DNA of 12,695 nt, taken from the NCBI GenBank assembly GCA_043228905.1, contig JBHGNT010001041.1:1-12695 (forward strand), in the 5' to 3' direction. This DNA is from Azolla caroliniana (Eukaryota; Plantae; Polypodiophyta). The position numbers were made by a program, and so were the translations under genes. Below, one piece after another: positions 1 to 7,360 of the stretch; positions within the stretch are counted from its first letter, which is position 1; each line of letters starts with the position of its first letter. The notes beneath the pieces are model-generated. The model was given only the letters and a program-made list of their open reading frames with translations, had not been told where the DNA came from and did not search any database.

Positions 1-183
1 TCCCTCCTCATGTTTGCCCATTTCGTCATGTCTCTGAACCTGAGTTTCAAAATCTTGGTTTTTTAATTCCATATCATAGCTAGCGTTGTTAGCTTCGATT
101 CGCATGTTTGAACACAAAAATTCGATATCACACGAGCCAGGTATGAACATTTTAATTTACTCAAGGGATCCTCTCAACTCACT
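1..183. repeat. 178-bp satellite monomer, left flank of the insertion (array probably continues upstream of the window)
   Basis: 1-183 matches 2319-2501 at 182/183 positions (only g58 vs a differs) and aligns with the monomer repeated through 1876-12695. Confidence 0.97.
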
Positions 184-194
184 CCTCTCAACTC
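169..194 (+). repeat. 12-bp direct duplication at the left junction (tcctctcaactc at 169-180 and 183-194)
   Basis: Read directly: ...gga tcctctcaactc ac tcctctcaactc tctt... Confidence 0.9.
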
Positions 195-1875
195 TCTTCT
201 CCTCCCCTACTACTCTCTTTTATTCTATTCTTTAGTTACCATACTATTTACCCTAACTATCCAACCGCCGAAGGTTATACGCTCGCACTCCTCACTTAGG
301 CCATACGGCCCACTAGTACTAAAAAGTTTTGGAAACCACTTAGTGCTACCCTTCGAATAGAAAGTAAAATTCACAATTTATCTAAACACCCCCTTACAAA
401 TAATGAAACACAATTACTAAGCTTAGGACTCAAATACATTCCACCATCCTCTCTACCTTCCACTAATACTATCAATAAAGAATTTGCTAGTTTAAGTAGA
501 TCTTTACGTTTAAAACATTTCTTTAGAGACATGGACTCACCCCCCCTTAATCCATTTAAACTACCAAATCCTAACTGGAATCCACCATCTCAATATCCCC
601 CTCTTGAAAATATTATTAAAAAACATGAAACCCTCCTTTTGTCTAAACTCCAACAACCTAAACCCAAACCCGTTAGGACACCATTTCACCTTCGCACAGC
701 CCTTAAGAGCCTTAGGAAAAACAACCAAATTATCGTTCTTCCGGCTGATAAGAACATGGGAGTATGTGTTCTAGACAAAGATACCTATTATGAAAAGGCT
801 ATAAATCACCTCTCAGATACCACCACCTATAGAAAAGTAACCCATTTTCCATTAGAAGAACTCTTATATCGCCTAAATAGTATAGTGCAAAAAAATCTAG
901 GGACACTTTCCTTTATCGAAGCTAATTACATACTCCATAAACCTGTAAAGGGATATCAAGTATCTAATATTTACTTTCTCCCTAAACTCCATAAAACACC
1001 CATTAGCTTTAGACCCATCTGTTCTTATAATAACTCGATATTCGAGCAAACCTCGAAATGGCTACATTTTCAACTATTACCCATCCTAGTACTCCAAAAA
1101 CAATACCTAAAAGACTCACACTCACTCATCCAGAAACTAGAACAACTAACCCCCCCTCCTAACAGTTTCATCTTCTCTTTTGATGTAGAATCCCTTTATC
1201 CTAGCATCCCCCCTAAGTTAGGACTTGAAGCACTTCGCCATATCATCTCTCCCCATTTTTCCTTAGCCAAGACCAATCTTATCTATACCCTTAGCGCTCT
1301 AACCCTAGAGTATCACTATCTAACCTTCGATAACCAAGTATACCAACAAATCAAAGGAACGGCCATGGGTAGCAACTTCTCAGTTGTCTATGCATGCCTT
1401 TTCTTATCACACCTAGAAAACTCACAAACCACACCCCATCTCTTCTATTTTACTAGGTACATAGATGATGCATTCGGGGTTTGGACAGGTACGAAACCCC
1501 AACTCTTAGACTACCTCAGTTTCTATAGCCTTATGACCAATAACTCTATTAAACTTACGATCCATACATCCCCCACTAGGCTCCCTTTCTTGGATATTTG
1601 GATCAATCTAGAGAACTCTAAGTTCTCTTTCAATTGTTTCCAAAAACCATTAAATTCCTATCAATATCTTCCCTTCTCCTCAGACCATCCTATACACGTC
1701 AAACAAAATTTTATTTCAAACGAATTAAAACGCTACCTAGTTAGAGAAAGCACACCTATAGGGTACCTAGAAATGAAAAAACGTTTCTTCCTTAGACTCA
1801 TTAGCCGAGGTTACCCACCAAATTTCATCCTTAAAGCCTTTAATAAACATCCTTTCTCCCTTAAAGCCTTTAAAG
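184..1875 (+). mobile_element. Penelope-like retroelement (PLE) copy inserted in the satellite array; RT only, apparently 3'-truncated and possibly 5'-truncated
   Basis: Only non-satellite segment in the window, visibly C-rich and G-poor on the + strand. Encodes a PLE-type RT. No LTRs, poly(A), TIRs or short TSD. Boundaries are fuzzy by a few bp because of junction microhomology and templated duplications (184-194 and 1859-1878). Confidence 0.88.
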
Positions 1876-1880
1876 CCTGA
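300..1880 (+). CDS. Penelope-like reverse transcriptase: open frame of 526 codons after TAG 297-299; first in-frame ATG at 531 gives the 449-aa track ORF
   Basis: PLE RT motifs in the correct order: IHNLSKHPLTNNETQLLSLGLKYIP (369-443), SRSLRLKHFF (495-524), PADKN (741-755), LPKLHK (978-995) then RPI, DVESLY (1182-1199), GTAMGS (1356-1373), catalytic YIDD (1458-1469), FLD (1587-1595), YLPFSSDHP and RGYP (1806-1817) of the thumb. No frameshift or internal stop. TGA 1878-1880 lies in satellite sequence. True start is uncertain. Confidence 0.9.
   Translation, partial: AIRPTSTKKFWKPLSATLRIESKIHNLSKHPLTNNETQLLSLGLKYIPPSSLPSTNTINKEFASLSRSLRLKHFFRDMDSPPLNPFKLPNPNWNPPSQYPPLENIIKKHETLLLSKLQQPKPKPVRTPFHLRTALKSLRKNNQIIVLPADKNMGVCVLDKDTYYEKAINHLSDTTTYRKVTHFPLEELLYRLNSIVQKNLGTLSFIEANYILHKPVKGYQVSNIYFLPKLHKTPISFRPICSYNNSIFEQTSKWLHFQLLPILVLQKQYLKDSHSLIQKLEQLTPPPNSFIFSFDVESLYPSIPPKLGLEALRHIISPHFSLAKTNLIYTLSALTLEYHYLTFDNQVYQQIKGTAMGSNFSVVYACLFLSHLENSQTTPHLFYFTRYIDDAFGVWTGTKPQLLDYLSFYSLMTNNSIKLTIHTSPTRLPFLDIWINLENSKFSFNCFQKPLNSYQYLPFSSDHPIHVKQNFISNELKRYLVRESTPIGYLEMKKRFFLRLISRGYPPNFILKAFNKHPFSLKAFKA
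1829..1878 (+). repeat. Right-junction direct repeats: 15-bp ccttaaagcctttaa (1829-1843 and 1859-1873) and tandem 9-mer ttaaagcct x2 (1861-1869, 1870-1878)
   Basis: Read directly. The last cct (1876-1878) is shared with the satellite sequence cctgagttacaaaatc. Confidence 0.93.
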
Positions 1881-1997
1881 GTTACAAAATCTTGATTTTT
1901 TAATTCCATATCATAGCTAGGGTTGTTAGCTTCGATTCGCATATTTGAACACTAAAATCCGATATCACACGAGCCAAGTATGAACATTTTAATTTAC

Positions 1998-2122
1998 TCA
2001 AGGGCTCCTCTCAACTCCCTCCTCATGTTTGCTAATTTCGTCATGTCTCTCGACCTGAGTTTCGCATGTTTGAACACAAAAATCCGATATCACACGAGCT
2101 AGGTATGAACATTTTAATTTAC
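1998..2122. repeat. Truncated 125-bp monomer (53-bp internal deletion at about 2063)
   Basis: Anchors at 1998 and 2123 are 125 bp apart. gagtttc is joined directly to gcatgtttg through a shared gtttc. Confidence 0.93.
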
Positions 2123-4199
2123 TCAAGGGCTCCTCTCAACTCACTCCTCAAATTTGGTAATTTCGTCATGTCTCTCGACCTGAGTTTCAAAATCTTGATT
2201 TTTTAATTCCATATTATAGCTAGCGTTGTTAGCTTCGTTTCCCATGTTTGAACACAAAAATCCGATATGACACGAGCCAGGTATGAACATTTTAATTTAC
2301 TCAAGGGCTCCTCTCAACTCCCTCCTCATGTTTGCCCATTTCGTCATGTCTCTGAACCTGAGTTTCAAAATCTTGATTTTTTAATTCCATATCATAGCTA
2401 GCGTTGTTAGCTTCGATTCGCATGTTTGAACACAAAAATTCGATATCACACGAGCCAGGTATGAACATTTTAATTTACTCAAGGGATCCTCTCAACTCAC
2501 TACTCAACTTTGGTAATTTCGTCATGTCTCTAGACCCGAGTTTCAAAATCTTGATTTTTTAATTCCATATCATAGCTAGCGTTGTTAGCTTCGTTTCGCA
2601 TGTTTGAACACAAAAATCCGATATCACACGAGCCAGGTATGAACATTTTAATTTACTCAAGGGCTCCACTCAACTCCCTCCTCATGTTTGGTAATTTCGT
2701 CATGTCTCTCGACCCCAGTTTCAAAATCTTCATTTTTTAATTCCATATCGTAGCTAGCGTTGTTAGCTTCGATTCGCATGTTTGAACACAAAAATCCGAT
2801 ATCACACGAGCTAGGTATGAACATTTTAATTTACTCAAGGGCTCCACTCAACTCCCTCCTCATGTTTGGTAATTTCGTCATGTCTCTCGACCTGAGTTTC
2901 AAAATCTTGATTTTTTAATTCCATATCATAGCTAGCGTTGTTAGCTTCGTTTCGCATGTTTTAACACAAAAATCAGATATCACACGAGCCAGGTATGAAC
3001 ATTTCATTTAACTCAAGGGCTCCTCTCAACTCCCTCCTCGTGTTTGCTAATTTCGTCGTGACAGGCAATCTGAGTTTCAAAATCTTCATTTTCTAATTCC
3101 ATATCATAGCTAGCGTTGTTAGCTTCGATTCGCATGTTGGAACACAAAAATCCGATATGACGGGAGCCAGGTATGAACATTTTAATTGTCCTAAAGGGCT
3201 CCTCTCAACTCCCTCGTCATGTTTGCTAATTTCTTCATGTCTCTCGACCTGAGTTACAAAATCTTGATATTTTAATTCCATATCATAGCTAGGGTTGTTA
3301 GCTTCGATTCGCATATTTGAACACTAAAATCCGATATCACACGAGCCAAGTATGAACATTTTATTTAACTCAAGGGGTCCTCTCAACTCCCTCCTCGTGT
3401 TTGCTAATTTCGTCATGACAGGCAACCTGAGTTTCAAAATCTTGATTTTCTAATTCCATATCATAGCTAGCGTTGTTAGCTTCGATTCGCATGTTGGAAC
3501 ACAAAAATCCGATATGACACGAGCCAGGTATGAACATTTTAATTTACTCAAGGGCTCCTCTCAACTCACTCCTCAAATTTGGTAATTTCGTCATGTCTCT
3601 CGACCTGAGTTTCAAAATCTTGATTTTTTAATTCCATATCATAGCTAGCGTTGTTAGCTTCCTTTCGCATGTTTGAACACAAAAATCCGATATCACACGA
3701 GCCAGGTATGAACATTTTAATTTACTCAAGGGCTCCACTCAACTCCCTCCTCATGTTTGGTAATTTCGTCATGTCTCTGGACCTGAGTTTCAAAATCTTG
3801 ATTTTTTAATTCCATATTATAGCTAGCGTTGTTAGCTTTGATTCGCATGTTTGAACACAAAAACCGATATGACACGAGCGAGGTATGAACATTTTAATTT
3901 ACTCAAGGGCTCCTCTCAACTAACTCCTCAAATTTGGTAATTTCGTCATGTCTCTCGACCTGAGTTTCAAAATCTTCATTTTTTAAGTCCATATCGTAGC
4001 TAGCGTTGTTAGCTTCGATTCGCATGTTTGAACACAAAAATCAGATATCACACGAGCCAAGTATGAACATTTTATTTAACTCAAGGGCTCCTCTCAACTC
4101 CCTCCTCATGTTTGCTAATTTCGTCATGTCTCTCGACCTGAGTTTCAAAGTCTTGATTTTTTAATTCCATATCATAGCTAGCATTGTTAGCTTCGTTCG

Positions 4200-4840
4200 C
4201 ATGTTTGAACACAAAAATCCGATATCACACGAGCTAGGTATGAACATTTTAATTTACTCAAGGGCTCCACTCAACTCCCTCCTCATGTTTGGTAATTTCG
4301 TCATGTCTCTCGACCTCAGTTTCAAAATTTTCATTTTTTAATTCCATATCGTAGCTAGCGTTGTTAGCTTCGATTCGCATGTTTGAACACAAAAATCAGA
4401 TATCACACGAGCCAGGTATGAACATTTTATTTAACTCAAGGGCTCCTCTCAACTCCCTCCTCATGTTTGCTAATTTCGTCATGTCTCTCGACCTGAGTTT
4501 CTAAATCTTGATTTTTTAATTCCATATCATAGCTAGCGTTGTTAGCTTCGTTTCGCATGTTTGAACACAAAAATCCGATATCACACGAGCTAGGTATGAA
4601 CATTTTAATTTACTCAAGGGCTCCACTCAACTCCCTCCTCATGTTTGGTAATTTCGTCATGTCTCTCGACCTCAGTTTCAAATTTTTCATTTTTTAATTC
4701 CATATCGTAGCTAGCGTTGTTAGCTTCGATTCGCATGTTTGAACACAAAAATCAGATATCACACGAGCCAGGTATGAACATTTTATTTAACTCAAGGGCT
4801 CCTCTCAACTCCCTCCTCATGTTTGCTAATTTCGTCATGT
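4200..4840. repeat. 2-monomer (356-bp) local duplication, also present within the 15-mer (about 9720-10350)
   Basis: The variant series gagctagg / ctccactc / cctcagtttc / tttcat / atcgtagc / aatcagat / ttttatttaac recurs at offset 356. Confidence 0.8.
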
Positions 4841-5250
4841 CTCTGGACCTGAGTTTCAAAATCTTGATTTTTTAATTCCATATCATAGCTAGCGTTGTTA
4901 GCTTCGTTTCGCATGTTTGAACACAAAAATCAGATATCACACGAGCCAGGTATGAACATTTTATTTAACTCAAGGGCTCCTCTCAACTCCGTCCTCGTGT
5001 TTGCTAATTTCGTCATGACAGGCACCCTGAGTTTCAAAATCTTCATTTTCTAATTCCATATCATAGCTAGCGTTGTTAGCTTCGATTCGCATGTTGGAAC
5101 ACAAAAATCCGATATGACAGGAGCCAGGTATGAACATTTTAATTGTCCTAAAGGGCTCCTCTCAACTCCCTCGTCATGTTTGCTAATTTCTTCATGTCTC
5201 TCGACCTGAGTTACAAAATCTTGATTTTTTAATTCCATATCATAGCTAGG

Positions 5251-6900
5251 GTTGTTAGCTTCGATTCGCATATTTGAACACTAAAATCCGATATCACACG
5301 AGCCAAGTATGAACATTTTAATTTACTCAAGGGCTCCACTCAACGCCCTCCTCATGTTTGGTAATTTCTTCATGTCTCTCGACCCCAGTTTCAAAATCTT
5401 GATTTTTTCATTCCATATCATAGCTAGCGTTGTTAGCTTCGTTTCGCATGTTTGAACACAAAAATCCGATATCACACGAGCCAGGTATGAACATTTTAAT
5501 TTACTCAAGGGCTCCTCTCAACTCACTCCTCAAATTTGGTAATTTCGTCATGTCTCTCGACCTGAGTTTCAAAATCTTGATTTTTTAATTCCATATCGTA
5601 GCTAGCGTTGTTAGCTTCGATTCGCATGTTTGAACACAAAAATCAGATATCACACGAGCCAGGTATGAACATTTTATTTAACTCAAGGGCTCCTCTCAAC
5701 TCCCTCCTCATGTTTGCTAATTTCGTCATGTCTCTCGACCTGAGTTTCAAAATCTTGATTTTTTAATTCCATATCATAGCTAGCGTTGTTAGCTTCGTTT
5801 CGCATGTTTGAACACAAAGATCCGATATCACACGAGCCAGGTATGAACATTTTAATTTCCTCAAGGGCTCCACTCAACTCCCTCCTCATGTTTGGTAATT
5901 TCGTCATGTCTCTCGACCCCAGTTTCAAAATCTTGATTTTTTAATTCCATATCATAGCCAGCGTTGTTAGCTTCGATACGCATGTTTGAACACAAAAATC
6001 CGATATCACACGAGCCAGGTATGAACATTTTAATTTACTCAAGGGCTCCTCTCAACTCACTCCTCAAATTTGGTAATTTCGTCATGTCTCTCGACCTGAG
6101 TTTCAAAATCTTGATTTTTTAATTCCATATCATAGCTAGCGTTGTTAGCTTCGATTCGCATATTTGAACACTAAAATCCGATATCACACGAGCCAAGTAT
6201 GAACATTTTAATTTACTCAAGGGCTCCACTCAACTCCCTCCTCATGTTTGGTAATTTCTTCATGTCTCTCGACCCCAGTTTCAAAATCTTGATTTTTTCA
6301 TTCCATATCATAGCTAGCGTTGTTAGCTTCGTTTCGCATGTTTGAACACAAAAATCCGATATCACACGAGCCAGGTATGAACATTTTAATTTACTCAAGG
6401 GCTCCTCTCAACTCACTCCTCAAATTTGGTAATTTCGTCATGTCTCTCGACCTGAGTTTCAAAATCTTGATTTTTTAATTCCATATCGTAGCTAGCGTTG
6501 TTAGCTTCGATTCGCATGTTTGAACACAAAAATCAGATATCACACGAGCCAGGTATGAACATTTTATTTAACTCAAGGGCTCCTCTCAACTCCCTCCTCA
6601 TGTTTGCTAATTTCGTCATGTCTCTCGACCTGAGTTTCAAAATCTTGATTTTTTAATTCCATATCATAGCTAGCGTTGTTAGCTTCGTTTCGCATGTTTG
6701 AACACAAAGATCCGATATCACACGAGCCAGGTATGAACATTTTAATTTCCTCAAGGGCTCCACTCAACTCCCTCCTCATGTTTGGTAATTTCGTCATGTC
6801 TCTCGACCCCAGTTTCAAAATCTTCATTTTCTAATTCCATATCATAGCCAGCGTTGTTAGCTTCGATACGCATGTTTGAACACAAAAATCCGATATCACA
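5251..6900. repeat. Duplication with 5-monomer (890-bp) period
   Basis: 5261 onward matches 6151 onward, including rare variants (catatttgaacactaa, ttttttcattcc, caaagatcc, atttcctcaag, agccagcg, gatacgc). Track ORF pairs 5323/6213 and 5683/6573 are offset by 890. Confidence 0.88.
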
Positions 6901-7360
6901 GGAGCCAGGTATGAACATTTTAATTGTCCTAAAGGGCTCCTCTCAACTCCCTCGTCATGTTTGCTAATTTCGTCATGTCTCTCGACCTGAGTTTCAAAAT
7001 CTTGATTTTTTAATTCCATATCATAGCTAGCGTTGTTAGCTTCGATTCGCATGTTTGAACACTAAAATCCGATATCACACAAGCCAAGTATGAACATTTT
7101 AATTTACTCAAGGGCTCCTCTCAACTCACTCGTCAAATTTGGTGATTTCCTCATGTCTCTCGACCTGAGTTTCAAAATCTTGATTTTTTAATTCCATATC
7201 ATAGCTAGCGTTGTTAGCTTCGATTCGCATGTTTGAACACTAAAATCCGATATCAAACGAGCCAGGTATGAACATTTTAATTTACTCAAGGGCTCCTCTC
7301 AACTCACTCCTCAAATTTGGTAATTTTGTCATGTCTCTCGACCCGAGTTTCAAAATCTTC

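Noticed and set aside
251-256. Telomeric repeat ccctaa suggesting a telomere-associated Athena/Coprina element
   Set aside because: Single isolated hexamer in C-rich sequence; no telomeric tract at either junction.
260-350. Hammerhead ribozyme expected in PLE pLTRs (small hairpins ggcc-atac-ggcc at 299-310 and tagtactaa/ttagtgcta at 314-348)
   Set aside because: No CTGANGA...GAAA core in a valid arrangement on either strand here or in the satellite monomer. The CTGAGGA on the minus strand at 1677-1683 lies inside the ORF without supporting stems.
1878-1880. TGA as a selenocysteine codon, as in some Naiad PLEs
   Set aside because: The TGA belongs to the satellite, and what follows is satellite rather than an endonuclease domain or SECIS element.
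170-1890. Classical short target-site duplication, LTRs or poly(A) tail
   Set aside because: The sequences immediately left and right of the insert are different parts of the monomer, and no terminal repeats or A-tail are present.
1876-2300. CENP-B box in the monomer
   Set aside because: The TTCG occurrences are not followed by the NNNNANNCGGG pattern on either strand.
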